64,000 nt of DNA from Candidatus Binatia bacterium (GCA_038245295.1 JBBRSP010000002.1:288001-352000), one strand, 5' to 3'; numbered from the stretch's first letter, positions 38,506-48,317 are shown. Translations and numbers: made by a program. The notes: generated by a model from the letters alone, not told the origin.

Positions 38506-39162
38506 ATGGGTTTGCGGGAGCGACGGCAAGCGGCACGATTGGGAGTGCTGCTGCGCGTCGAGCGCGGTTTATGGGGATCGGGTATCGCCCGGGTTGCCGG
38601 ATGTGACGAAGTCGGTGTGGGACCATTGGCCGGGCCGGTTGTCGCCGCGGCGGTGATCATGCCGCAAGACGGCCATCTGCGCGGCGTCGACGACTCGAAG
38701 AAACTCTCACCTCTCCTGCGTCAGCAACTCGCCGAGCAGATTCGAGCCACCGCACTTGGCATCGGGATCGGCATCGTCGATGTCGCTACGATCGATCGCC
38801 TCAACATCTACCACGCCGCCCTCGAAGCGATGCGGCGCGCGGTCCTGGCGCTACCGGAGGCACCGGATCATCTCGTCGTCGATGCGCGGACAGTTCCCGG
38901 AATCGACCTGCCGCAAACGCCGATCATCGGTGGCGATGCGCGCAGCTATTCGATTGCCGCGGCATCGATCATCGCCAAGGTGACGCGTGATGCCATGATG
39001 TGCGAACTCGACCAGCAATACCCGGAGTATGGGTTTGTCCGCCACATGGGATACGGCACGGCGGAACACCGTGCGGCATTGGCACGCTTCGGGCCGACGC
39101 CGGAGCATCGCCGCTCCTTCGCTCCGGTGCGCCAGCTGTCGCTCTTCCCGATACTTGCCTGA
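38506..39162 (+). CDS. rnhB: Ribonuclease HII
   Basis: GCDEVGVGPLAGPVVAAAV, DSKKL, GDARSYSIAAASIIAKVTRD, GYGT..H and HRRSF motifs; GGAGG RBS. Confidence 0.93.
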   Translation: MGLRERRQAARLGVLLRVERGLWGSGIARVAGCDEVGVGPLAGPVVAAAVIMPQDGHLRGVDDSKKLSPLLRQQLAEQIRATALGIGIGIVDVATIDRLNIYHAALEAMRRAVLALPEAPDHLVVDARTVPGIDLPQTPIIGGDARSYSIAAASIIAKVTRDAMMCELDQQYPEYGFVRHMGYGTAEHRAALARFGPTPEHRRSFAPVRQLSLFPILA

Positions 39163-39171
39163 AGCTGCCCG

Positions 39172-42100
39172 CTACACTTCTTCGAGCAGGAAGTTGAGAT
39201 CTTCGCGTGTCAAACTGCGGGCGAAGCTGTCTTCGCCACCCAGGACATCGCGACTCAGCGTCGCCTTGCGCTGCTGTAGCTCCCAGATCTTTTCTTCGAT
39301 CGTGCCGACACTCAGCATGCGGTAGGCGATCACACTGCGATCCTGACCGATGCGGTGCGTACGGTCGATGGCCTGGGCCTCGACGGCCGGATTCCACCAC
39401 GGGTCGAAGAGGATGACATACGTCGCCGCCGTGAGGTTCAGGCCGGTGCCACCGGCGCGCAGCGAGATGAGGAACACCCCGGCCCGCTCGTCGTTCTGGA
39501 AGGCGTCGACCACTTCCTCGCGATTCTTCGTCGCACCCGTGAGCATGTGGTACGGGATCTCTCGCGTTACGAATTCCTGCTCGATCAACTTCAGGCACTC
39601 GACGAACTGCGAGAAGAGCAAGACCTTATGGCCCTCGGCGAGAAGCGGCTCGAGCATCTCGAACAGAGTCTCGAACTTGCCGGAACTGAGCGAAGCCTTG
39701 CCGCCGGCGAGGGCCGGATGGCAGCAGATCTGTCGCAATCGCGTCAGCGCCGCCAGGATGTGAATCTTGTTCTGCGCAATGCCCCCCGGCTCGTCGGCCA
39801 ATTGGTTGACCAACGTGCGGCTACGCCGTGCCTCGGCGAGGTAGAGAAGCCGCTGCTCCTTGGTCATCTCGCAGTCGATGCGTTCCTCGATGCGCGGCGG
39901 CAACTCCGGGGCAACCTCGCGCTTGGTCCGCCGCAGCAGCACAGGCCGCAGCTTGGCGGTGAGCAGCGAGCGTGCATAGGGGGGCGCGTCGATGCGATCG
40001 AAGCGCGACTGAAACTGCGTCCGCGTTCCGAGATAGCCGGGGTTGGCGAACTGCAGAATACTCCACAGGTCGAGGGCGCGATTCTCAAGGGGCGTGCCGG
40101 TCAGGGCCAGACGATGATTTGCTTGCAGCGCCTGCGCGGCGCGGCTGACGGCCGCGTCGGGGTTCTTGATGTTCTGGGCCTCGTCGAGGATAGCGGCGAG
40201 CAGCGGCGTCTTGCGCCAGATCTCGATGTCGCGTCGCAGCAACGCGTAGTTCGTCACGATGACGTCGTACTCGCTGAGTTGATCGAACGCCGCCTTACGG
40301 GCTTCGCCGCTGGCGAGGATGATGATGCGCAAGTCCGGTGCGAAACGCTCTGCTTCGCGCGCCCAGTTGTGAACCACCGAGGCCGGACAGACGACGAGGG
40401 ATGGGCCCTCGCTGCCGCTCTCGCGCAGGTGCATCAGCCAAGCGAGAGCCTGAACCGTTTTTCCGAGACCCATGTCGTCGGCCAAGATGGCGCCGGCGCC
40501 GAGAGACGAGGTGTAGGCGAGGAAGTCGAGTCCACGCCGTTGATACGGTCGCAGGTCGGCGCGCAGCCCGTTGGGTGGTGCCACGACCGGCAGGCCTTTG
40601 AAGTCGACAACTCGCTGCCGCAGCTGCCGCACGGCTTCGAGGGTCGCCGCGTCGGCGCCGTAGTGCTCCAGCGACCCGAGGCTGTTCGGGTTGGCACTCG
40701 CAAGCTGCCACAGACTCAGCCGCTGTGGCCCGGCGCCGGCCTCAATGCCCAGATCGGCGAGGACCGCGGCGGCCTCGTCGTGCAGTTTAGCCGTCTCGCG
40801 TTGCACCCAGCCGCTGCTGAGACGGACAAAGCGTGCCGATGACGAGCGCAATTGCGCCAGATCGTCATCGTTCAAGTCGAGACCATCGGCTTGCCATTCG
40901 GTAGACACGGCGAACCAGTCAACGCCGCTCGATTCGATGTGTAGTTTCGGGCTGATCTGAAAGCCGGCTCCGAGCAGGCGACGCAGGCGCGGTGTACCGA
41001 AGTAGGCTGCCTCGGCCGGTCGTTCCTGCCAAACAGCCGACATTCGTTCGATCGTCTTCGCCGTCAAACGCAGCCAGCGTCCAACCGCCCGGTCCGGCCA
41101 CGTCAGCCCGCGATTCGCCGGCGGTGTGCCAAACGTTACGGCGCCGAAGGCTTCGACCCAGGCCTGCATGGGCTCTACCGCGGCGGCATCGGGCTGTTCC
41201 ATCCACGGCTCGTTCGGCGGCGCTGCAGCGTTGCTAGCTTCTGCCTCGACGGTTGCGGTCGGTAACGCCGCAGGCACGTCGGCCGATGGCGTCGATTCGA
41301 CCGACGCAAAATCACCCTCCGGCGAGACCGGTTGTGCGTCGCTGCTGGCTTGGCTGTCGCAACGACGCCATCGTCCGTCCGTCTCCCATTCGAAGATGAT
41401 CTCGCCCGGGCCGGCGGTATTGCCGGGCAACCACGTCGAACGCGGTGGCCGGCTGAACAGGCGAACCTGCAGCCAGTCATCCTCGCGCAGATCGAGCGCC
41501 ACGACGGCTTGCGCCGGATGAAAGTGCGTGTGTGCCGCGACGATGGGTCGCAAATGCGGAAACGTCGCCGCAAGGCCATACAAAACCGTGTTGCGCTCGA
41601 CCGGGTGCAGCGGCAGGCCACGGGCGGCGTCGAATCGTCGCAGCAACGCCAGTGGTGGCTCGTCGGAAACAGCCGAGATGGCACCGTCGACGATCACGAA
41701 GCTTGGATGAGATTGCGCCGCCCCCCAACGTGTGTCGCCAGGAAGGTAGAGCGCCTTGTCGAGTGACCGCAACTCTCCCTCCGGAGAGACGACGCCGAAT
41801 TCGAGACTCACCTCGCCATCAACTTCGGTGCATGAGGGTAAGATGCGCTGCGGCCGTGACTCGTAACACAGCGGGGCATTCGGCTTTAGACCGGCGCGCT
41901 GTGCCAGATCTGGCGTCAGCTCCGGCCCCCACGTCACCAGCGCCGAGGATGCGGCGAACAGGATGACGGCGCGCAGCTGGGTACCGGAAAGAACGAAGCT
42001 CGAGGTTCGCGATGCCGTCGTGTACTCGGAGTCGTTCCGAGTGACGCGCTCGAGTAGCCAACGCAGCAGCGTCGCTTGCTCCGGTAACAGGATACCCGGC

Positions 42101-42984
42101 TGGCTTTGGCACTCGTTCTGGAGTTGCGTGAGTTGCTGGATGTTGCGCGGCTCATCTTCGAGACGAGCTGAAGTCACCCGGCCCTCGGCGGTGACCGCGG
42201 CGGTACCGTTGATCTCGATGAGCCCGAGCACGATGCGAAACGTCCGCAGCGGAACGACCTGGCGCTGCTCGCTCCACTCGGTCAGCTCGCCAAGCAGGCC
42301 GCTGCGGGCACGCTCGAGCCATTCTTGCTCGAGGTCGGGACGCTCGACGAAGGGGCGCAGCTCGTCCGGCACCCAACCGTCGGCGAGGCGACTGACCTCT
42401 CTCGCGAGCCGCCAGAACATCAGGTTGGCGTTGCGCTCGTTCTCGAGGATGCTGTGAAATGGTTCGCGCTGGCCGGAAAGGCCGCGGACCGGTGCGCCGG
42501 CAATCAACTTGCCGAAGATCTCGATGCGCGTCCAAATGTTCCCTGGGCGGCGCAATTGCTCGACCAGGGAAACCTCGCCCGCGGCAGCGGCGCGTGCCGA
42601 GGCGGAACTGCCGGCCGGCGGTTTTCGCGGCACCACGCGCAACAGCAGATCAGCCCGCCGCCCCATGTCGCTGTCCGCCAGAAATGCCTGCATTCGTTTC
42701 AGCACGACAAGCCCGGTCGCCGCGGCGTGTTTGCATTCGATGCCGATTGGGCACGAGCAGTCGCAGTACCACTCGTCGGAGGTCCATGACCACATGGTCT
42801 CGTAGCGCTCGTTACCGCGCACACGGGCGCGGATCATACCGGGCGCGAGCTCCATGAGCTGAACCCGGTCTTCCGCCGCATAAACACCGCCCTGTTGCAG
42901 CATGCTGGCGTCGAATGATTCGAGCTCGTCGAGGAGGGCTTCGATTTGCGGACGTGGAAGATCTGGTGACTGGGGCTCGGGCAC
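39172..42984 (-). CDS. SWIM-finger SNF2/SWI2 family ATPase
   Basis: CSCPIGIECKH, LRPYQ, LADDMGLGKT, DEAQ, LTGTPLEN, FSQF, GLNLT and QAIDRTHRIGQ motifs. Confidence 0.93.
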   Translation of the reverse strand: MPEPQSPDLPRPQIEALLDELESFDASMLQQGGVYAAEDRVQLMELAPGMIRARVRGNERYETMWSWTSDEWYCDCSCPIGIECKHAAATGLVVLKRMQAFLADSDMGRRADLLLRVVPRKPPAGSSASARAAAAGEVSLVEQLRRPGNIWTRIEIFGKLIAGAPVRGLSGQREPFHSILENERNANLMFWRLAREVSRLADGWVPDELRPFVERPDLEQEWLERARSGLLGELTEWSEQRQVVPLRTFRIVLGLIEINGTAAVTAEGRVTSARLEDEPRNIQQLTQLQNECQSQPGILLPEQATLLRWLLERVTRNDSEYTTASRTSSFVLSGTQLRAVILFAASSALVTWGPELTPDLAQRAGLKPNAPLCYESRPQRILPSCTEVDGEVSLEFGVVSPEGELRSLDKALYLPGDTRWGAAQSHPSFVIVDGAISAVSDEPPLALLRRFDAARGLPLHPVERNTVLYGLAATFPHLRPIVAAHTHFHPAQAVVALDLREDDWLQVRLFSRPPRSTWLPGNTAGPGEIIFEWETDGRWRRCDSQASSDAQPVSPEGDFASVESTPSADVPAALPTATVEAEASNAAAPPNEPWMEQPDAAAVEPMQAWVEAFGAVTFGTPPANRGLTWPDRAVGRWLRLTAKTIERMSAVWQERPAEAAYFGTPRLRRLLGAGFQISPKLHIESSGVDWFAVSTEWQADGLDLNDDDLAQLRSSSARFVRLSSGWVQRETAKLHDEAAAVLADLGIEAGAGPQRLSLWQLASANPNSLGSLEHYGADAATLEAVRQLRQRVVDFKGLPVVAPPNGLRADLRPYQRRGLDFLAYTSSLGAGAILADDMGLGKTVQALAWLMHLRESGSEGPSLVVCPASVVHNWAREAERFAPDLRIIILASGEARKAAFDQLSEYDVIVTNYALLRRDIEIWRKTPLLAAILDEAQNIKNPDAAVSRAAQALQANHRLALTGTPLENRALDLWSILQFANPGYLGTRTQFQSRFDRIDAPPYARSLLTAKLRPVLLRRTKREVAPELPPRIEERIDCEMTKEQRLLYLAEARRSRTLVNQLADEPGGIAQNKIHILAALTRLRQICCHPALAGGKASLSSGKFETLFEMLEPLLAEGHKVLLFSQFVECLKLIEQEFVTREIPYHMLTGATKNREEVVDAFQNDERAGVFLISLRAGGTGLNLTAATYVILFDPWWNPAVEAQAIDRTHRIGQDRSVIAYRMLSVGTIEEKIWELQQRKATLSRDVLGGEDSFARSLTREDLNFLLEEV

Positions 42985-43236
42985 TAGGCCGCCTCCCTTA
43001 GCGAAGCCGGGCCGCCGGTGCAGGGGCAGAGAGCGAGATTTCGCCGAATCCTGGAATGGCGGTCGTCGAGGGCCCCTGTCGCCTGATGCTTCCTCCGTCC
43101 ATTGACGCCCGGCTTTGGCAGCTTGAGGCCCTCTCTAGGCCGGAGACGCAAAATCTTGGTTCTTTCGCAGGGAAAGGCTTTGAAACCCCTCACTCCACCC
43201 TATAAGGGATGAAGGGTCTGAGAAGGAGAACGCTTC

Positions 43237-45228
43237 ATGCGCAGCAAGTCCAGCAGGACAATCTTGCTGGCGTTGTTGGTACTGCCGTTGGTCGGCATTA
43301 CCAAAGTCAACGCCGCGGATTGCAGTAACGGGAATTTTGACAGTACCTTTGCGTTGATTCAAAAAGCGATTTTCGAAAATCGCGGCTGTACGAACGATCT
43401 CTGTCACGGCTCGGCCGCCACCGGCGGTCTCGATCTGCGCCCTGACGTTGCGTACGATAATCTGATCGACGTCAAGTCGCCGCTTTTGCCGGAATGGACG
43501 CGCGTTCGTCCTGGACGTCGCGATCAGAGCCTGCTGTTCATCAACGTCGCGGCGAAGACGGACCCGACTCACTACACGGCGCCCCTACGCGCCATGCCGC
43601 TCGATCCCCAACCGGCGCTGAGCGCCAACGAAGTCGAAGCGCTGCGCCGTTGGATCGAAGCCGGCGCACCCAAGGACGGCGTCATCAAGGGCACGGCCGA
43701 CCTGCTCGACGCCTGCCTGCCGCCGCCAGAACCGATCGCCATCAAGCCGCTCGAGCCGCCGGCACCCGGGACGGGCGTCCAGATTCGCATGCCGAAGACA
43801 ATCCTGCCGCCGCGTACCGAGCACGAAGTGTGCTTCGTGAGCTACTACGACCTGACCGATCAGGTCCCGGCCGAGTTCCGCGGTCCGGATGGCACGACGT
43901 TTCGTTACAAGCGCAACGAGATTCGTCAGGACCCGTTGAGCCACCATCTCATTGTCAGCCTGTATCAGGGCCAATACCCGCCGACCGCCGAAACGTGGGG
44001 CGAGTTCACCTGCGACGGTGGCGCCAAGGCCGGGCAAACCTGTCCTCCGACAGATACAACATTTTGCGGCGAGGGTCTGTGTTCGACCACACCGCAGATC
44101 AGCATTGCGTGTATTGGCTTTGGACCCTCCGATGCGGCCGTGGGACTGCGTTCCGCGGGCTTTACCGGCACGCAAGAGACGGCCGCCGAGTTCAACTTCC
44201 CGGAAGGCGTGTACCGCGAAGTCCCCCTGAAGGGCATGATCATCTGGAACTCGCACGCCTTCAACGTGTCCGACCAGGAAGGCAAGGTCGAAGCATGGTT
44301 GAACTTCCAGTTTGCTCCGCCCGAAGATCAACAGATACCAGCGCAGCAGATCTTTAACGCCAACGACCTCTTCAAGATGTCGGTGCCGGTGTTCAAGACA
44401 CAGGAGATCTGCAGTCCGAATCCGTTGCCCAAGAATACACAAGTCTACGAGCTCAGCTCGCACGCGCACCAGCGCATGAAGCGCTGGCGTACATTCATGG
44501 GTGCGTGGACGTGTGATGGTGGCCCAGCCGATGGCGCTAGCTGCTCGCCGGTTGGCTACGATTTCGTCAGCCCCGATGTCTGTCAGGGCAGCCCCTGCAA
44601 ATCGATGAAGAAGCCGAACGTCTCCGACTGTAACGGTGACGGCGAAGTGACGATCGACGAGCTGCTGCGTAGCGTCAACATTGCTCTCGAGTCGGCGTCG
44701 ATCGAGACCTGCACGGCAGCCGACAACAACTACGACGACGCCGTGACCATCGATGAGGTGACGAGCTCGGTGAACGCCGCCCTTGCCGGTGTCCCAGGCC
44801 GCGCCCCGCGCGATCCAATGCAGAGCCTGCTCTACACGAGCTTGATCTACAACGATCCGATCGTCTTGCGATTTGATCAGCCGCTGTCGTTCCGTTCGGC
44901 GCAACAGGCCGATCGCACGCTCACCTACTGTGCGCTCTATGACAACGGTTACATCGATCCTACGACGGTCAAGAAGCAGTCGACGTCGCCCAGGCCTCCG
45001 CTGGCGATTCCGGGCGTCGGTGGTCCATGTCAGAGGACAACCGGCTGCACCGCGGGTAAGGTCGGCATGACCTGCAGCAACAGCACTGTGGCGAAACAGC
45101 GTGATGCCTCGTGCGACACGACGCCCGGAGCCGGCGATGGCTTGTGTGATGGCTGCTTGCTGACCGGTGGCGTGACGACCGAAGACGAAATGTTCCTGCT
45201 GATGGGACAGTTCTTCGTCGCCCCGTAA
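43237..45228 (+). CDS. Secreted cytochrome c-like plus PHM-type copper monooxygenase-like protein with dockerin-like insert
   Basis: Signal peptide; CTNDLCH...MP...RWIEAGAP; SHHL, NSHAFN, SHAH and EDEM motifs; DCNGDGEVTIDEL repeat; AAGGAG RBS. Confidence 0.75.
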   Translation: MRSKSSRTILLALLVLPLVGITKVNAADCSNGNFDSTFALIQKAIFENRGCTNDLCHGSAATGGLDLRPDVAYDNLIDVKSPLLPEWTRVRPGRRDQSLLFINVAAKTDPTHYTAPLRAMPLDPQPALSANEVEALRRWIEAGAPKDGVIKGTADLLDACLPPPEPIAIKPLEPPAPGTGVQIRMPKTILPPRTEHEVCFVSYYDLTDQVPAEFRGPDGTTFRYKRNEIRQDPLSHHLIVSLYQGQYPPTAETWGEFTCDGGAKAGQTCPPTDTTFCGEGLCSTTPQISIACIGFGPSDAAVGLRSAGFTGTQETAAEFNFPEGVYREVPLKGMIIWNSHAFNVSDQEGKVEAWLNFQFAPPEDQQIPAQQIFNANDLFKMSVPVFKTQEICSPNPLPKNTQVYELSSHAHQRMKRWRTFMGAWTCDGGPADGASCSPVGYDFVSPDVCQGSPCKSMKKPNVSDCNGDGEVTIDELLRSVNIALESASIETCTAADNNYDDAVTIDEVTSSVNAALAGVPGRAPRDPMQSLLYTSLIYNDPIVLRFDQPLSFRSAQQADRTLTYCALYDNGYIDPTTVKKQSTSPRPPLAIPGVGGPCQRTTGCTAGKVGMTCSNSTVAKQRDASCDTTPGAGDGLCDGCLLTGGVTTEDEMFLLMGQFFVAP

Positions 45229-45256
45229 GCGCCGACGATTCTAGCGAATGTGTGTG

Positions 45257-45286
45257 GAGAGGCGGTCTGGCAACAGACCGCCTCTC
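45257..45286. terminator. Hairpin between convergent genes
   Basis: GAGAGGCGGTCTG-gcaa-CAGACCGCCTCTC, a perfect 13-bp stem with a weak U-tract. Confidence 0.6.
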
Positions 45287-45303
45287 TCCGTTTGGGGCCG
45301 CGC

Positions 45304-46470
45304 TCAGGATGATGGCAGGTTGTGGTGCAAGACACGTACCGCGTTGCCACCCATGATCTTGGCGATCTCGTCGGCACCGTAGCCGGCGTTCATCAGCTCG
45401 GCGGTGATTTGCGGCAGGCCGGTGGTGTCGAAGGGCGTCTCCGTGGAGCCGTCGAAGTCGGAGCCGAGGCCGACGTGATCGATGCCGGCGACGTCGACGG
45501 CATGGCGAATGGCGCGGACGATTCCCTTGGCGCTGACGTCGCAGACCGCGGCATCCCAGTAGCCGATACCGATCACTCCGCCGCTGCGGGCGACGGCGCG
45601 CAAGTGGTCGTCGGACAAGTTGCGAATGTGATCGCAGGTTGCCTTGACCCCCGTGTGCGACACGATGAGCGGGCGCGTCGCCATCGCCAGCACGTCGTCG
45701 ATGAGCTGCGGTGAGGAGTGCGCCAGATCGATCGTGATGCCGCGTTCTTCGAGTCGTTGCACGACCTGCCGCCCGAAGGCGGTGAGGCCGCCTTTTCCGA
45801 CACCGTGCGCCGAGCCGCCGAGCTCGTTGTCGAAGAAATGTGTCGGGCCCATGATGCGAAAGCCAGCATCAAAGAGGGCATCGACGTTGCTCAGCTGTCC
45901 TTCCAGGCAATGCAGCCCCTCGATGCCGAGCAGCCCACCGACGACGTTTCTGTCACTCTGCCGTCGCGCCAGGAGCTCATCGAGATCGGCCTGCGAGCGG
46001 ACGATGCGGAAGCTGTCGCCGGAGCGTTGCGCCACGTCGTTCAGCTTGGCGGCTTGATAGAGAGCCCGCTCCTTCAAGCTACCCCAGGTGCGTGGCGGCC
46101 ACATCTGCACCAGCGCCAAGGTGGTGATGATGTCGGAGTTGGAATCGTTGCCGTCGTAGTTTTGATTGGTCGGGACCTTGGTGACGGCATCGAAAACCTG
46201 AAGCGCCACACCGCCGTCACGCAGCCGTGGCACGTCGATGTGCCCGCGCGCCGCGCGCTGCAACAGATCGCGATTCCACAGCAGCGGATCGGCGTGCAAG
46301 TCGACGACCGTCAAGCTGCGGTGCAATCGTAAGGCCGCGTCGCTGACCGCGACCGGCGGCACCGGCAGAACGCGATTGAGCCGGCTCTCGATCTGGCCCG
46401 GCGCCAGCGCCAGAAGCGATACGATGATGGCGACAATCAGAAAGGCGGCATACAGCAGGGTCTTGCGCAT
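45304..46470 (-). CDS. Membrane dipeptidase (peptidase M19)
   Basis: DLHAD, GIEG, IDLAHSS, SHTG, RNLSD, HVGLGSDFDG and IMGGN motifs; N-terminal anchor. Confidence 0.92.
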   Translation of the reverse strand: MRKTLLYAAFLIVAIIVSLLALAPGQIESRLNRVLPVPPVAVSDAALRLHRSLTVVDLHADPLLWNRDLLQRAARGHIDVPRLRDGGVALQVFDAVTKVPTNQNYDGNDSNSDIITTLALVQMWPPRTWGSLKERALYQAAKLNDVAQRSGDSFRIVRSQADLDELLARRQSDRNVVGGLLGIEGLHCLEGQLSNVDALFDAGFRIMGPTHFFDNELGGSAHGVGKGGLTAFGRQVVQRLEERGITIDLAHSSPQLIDDVLAMATRPLIVSHTGVKATCDHIRNLSDDHLRAVARSGGVIGIGYWDAAVCDVSAKGIVRAIRHAVDVAGIDHVGLGSDFDGSTETPFDTTGLPQITAELMNAGYGADEIAKIMGGNAVRVLHHNLPSS

Positions 46471-46676
46471 GCTGCCGTGTGACGCAGCCCGGCGGTGGTG
46501 TCAAATCCGCGCCTCTACCGGCGCACGAGAGCAATGGACAACCGACCCACCCCTTCGCGTGGCTTCGGCCGGCGGGCAGGCCTTGAACCGACCGCCGACC
46601 ACGGGCAATGGAATGGGCAAGGTGTAATCCATGGGTAGTGGGCTCATTTCCTCGAAAATAGTGGCATCCCAAACTC

Positions 46677-46813
46677 CCCTCTCCCACCGTCAACGAGATC
46701 CCAGACCGTGGGAGAGGGTTAGGGTGAGGGTCACCGGCGGGTGCCAGCGAGCCGCGAGCCCTCACCCCGACCCTCTCCCACCGATCGACAAATCCATTCG
46801 AATTGGGAGAGGG
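46677..46813. repeat. BoxC-like repeat, inverted pair of units
   Basis: CCCTCTCCC-N24-GGGAGAGGGTTAGGGTGAGGG ... CCCTCACCCCGACCCTCTCCC-N25-GGGAGAGGG. Confidence 0.85.
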
Positions 46814-46988
46814 AGAGCTTGGTTTCCAACAACGCGGAGACACTGGGCTCATGGGCACTCGGTTCAGATGACCCCACCACCAATCCATGCCTTGCTGTTG
46901 CGTCGATTGATCGGTCGTGGCTAGTCGGAGAGTCGAGGGTCGGCGCAGGCGAAAGGCGGCGGTGCGAGCGGAGGCGAAGGGAGAAACC

Positions 46989-47402
46989 ATGAGTGGAATC
47001 CACCATGTATTCATCTCGGTGAACAACATCACCCGTTCGAAAGCGTTCTACGCCAGCCTAATGCCGCGCTTGGGGTACGGTGCCTGCTGGGAGTATCCCG
47101 ACGGCGATCGCCCGAGTGTCGGGTGGCTTGGCTCCGGTGGCAGCTTCTGGATCAAGCAGGCGGATCCGCAGTACGCGAGCGAAACATTTTCCAAAGACCG
47201 GGTCGGCCTGTGCGAAATCGCCTTCCATGCCGACAGCCGCGACATGGTCGACGCCTTGGCGCGCGACCTGCCGAGCTGGGGTGGCGACATCCTCGACGCG
47301 CCGCGCGAGTATCCCGAGTATGTGCCCGGTTATTACGCCGTGTTCTTCGCCGACCCGGACGGGATCAAGCTCGAGGCGGTTCACTTTCCGGGAATGTCAT
47401 GA
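46989..47402 (+). CDS. VOC/glyoxalase family protein
   Basis: IHHVFISV...SKAFY, EIAFHADSRDMVD and YYAVFFADPDGIKLE motifs; GGAG RBS. Confidence 0.9.
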   Translation: MSGIHHVFISVNNITRSKAFYASLMPRLGYGACWEYPDGDRPSVGWLGSGGSFWIKQADPQYASETFSKDRVGLCEIAFHADSRDMVDALARDLPSWGGDILDAPREYPEYVPGYYAVFFADPDGIKLEAVHFPGMS

Positions 47403-47453
47403 GTACTGTTGTAATCGACGCGGCGTTTCGAGCTACGAGCGGCGGCGGATTTT

Positions 47454-47605
47454 TCCGCAGATGGACGGCGATGAACGCGGATGGAACCCGGAGCGTAGAT
47501 TTGCAGGTACCCGGTTTCGGCTCGCGTATGCATGGTGCGGCTTGGCTTCGCACAAAGGATCCAGGGTTCTCGTCCCATCCGCGTTCATCTGCGTCCACCT
47601 GCGGA
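47454..47605. repeat. MITE-like element with 3x10-mer inverted arms
   Basis: TCCGCAGAT GGACGGCGAT GAACGCGGAT ... ATCCGCGTTC ATCTGCGTCC ACCTGCGGA. An orphan right arm lies at 48104-48122. Confidence 0.75.
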
Positions 47606-47708
47606 TTGAATCCCGACGTTTCGCTTGCTCGCGTCGTCTGCGCATGAGCGTCGCCGTCGACACCTCTCCGTGCCCGAGTTGCCGAGCGCCGCTCGAGGCG
47701 CAGCGCTG

Positions 47709-48044
47709 ATGCCGGACCAACCAACCTCGACCACGACAAGGCCGAAGGCGCTTTGGACCACCGGCGTTGGCACCGTCATCGGTGTCGTGGTCGCCGGTGT
47801 CATGGTGTCCGGCAGCGGGACTGATCTTACCTTGCACTTCCTGATCGGCGCGATGTTTGGCTGGCTTGTGGCAATCCCAGCCTATCGACGCGCAGCCAGG
47901 GGCGCGCAGGACAGACTCGCCACGGTCGCCCTGGTCAGTTGCATTGTCGCCGGTGGTCTCATGGGCCTGCTTCTCGCCGCACCCCTTTCGTTGATTTTCT
48001 ATTTGGTGATCCGCCGCAAACAAAGAGTGAAGAGTGAAGAGTGA
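47709..48044 (+). CDS. Small membrane protein
   Basis: 111 aa with three to four hydrophobic segments. The stop lies in an (AAGAGTG)3 tandem repeat. Confidence 0.65.
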   Translation: MPDQPTSTTTRPKALWTTGVGTVIGVVVAGVMVSGSGTDLTLHFLIGAMFGWLVAIPAYRRAARGAQDRLATVALVSCIVAGGLMGLLLAAPLSLIFYLVIRRKQRVKSEE

Positions 48045-48209
48045 AATATTATGGTGGGGGCGACGCCATTGTCGAGATCGGACGGCGTTGGCTCTTTCGC
48101 TTCATCCCCGTTCATCTGCGGATAACCCACCCTGTGTTTCCGGCCCCTTGACGTATCCGCGGTCTGCGAGTCGCAACACGGGTCGAAACAGTGTTCGTGC
48201 CCGTGCGGC

Positions 48210-48317
48210 TCAGTTCACGGCGAGTAGGTCGATGATCGCGCGATGCAGCGAGGTCACCACTAGCGCCATGCGTTGGTAGTCGAGCGTGTCGAAATCCGCG
48301 TGGTTGCCGTCCGGCAT
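48210..48317 (-). pseudogene. Possible C-terminal remnant of an M28 peptidase
   Basis: Manual translation gives MPDGNHADFDTLDYQRMALVVTSLHRAIIDLLAVN*. DTLDYxRMAxVV recalls M28 C-termini (from memory). Confidence 0.35.

Noticed and set aside
39355..40842. 495-aa + strand ORF
   Set aside because: Antisense shadow of the SNF2 gene, common in high-GC DNA.
39172..42984. SNF2 protein as part of an anti-phage system
   Set aside because: Stand-alone SWIM-SNF2 among housekeeping genes, with no nuclease or methylase partners.
43180..43206. Sigma70-like promoter TTGAAA...TATAAG
   Set aside because: The spacer is only 15 nt, too weak to call.
43585..44904. 439-aa minus-strand ORF
   Set aside because: Antisense to the monooxygenase gene, with no motifs.
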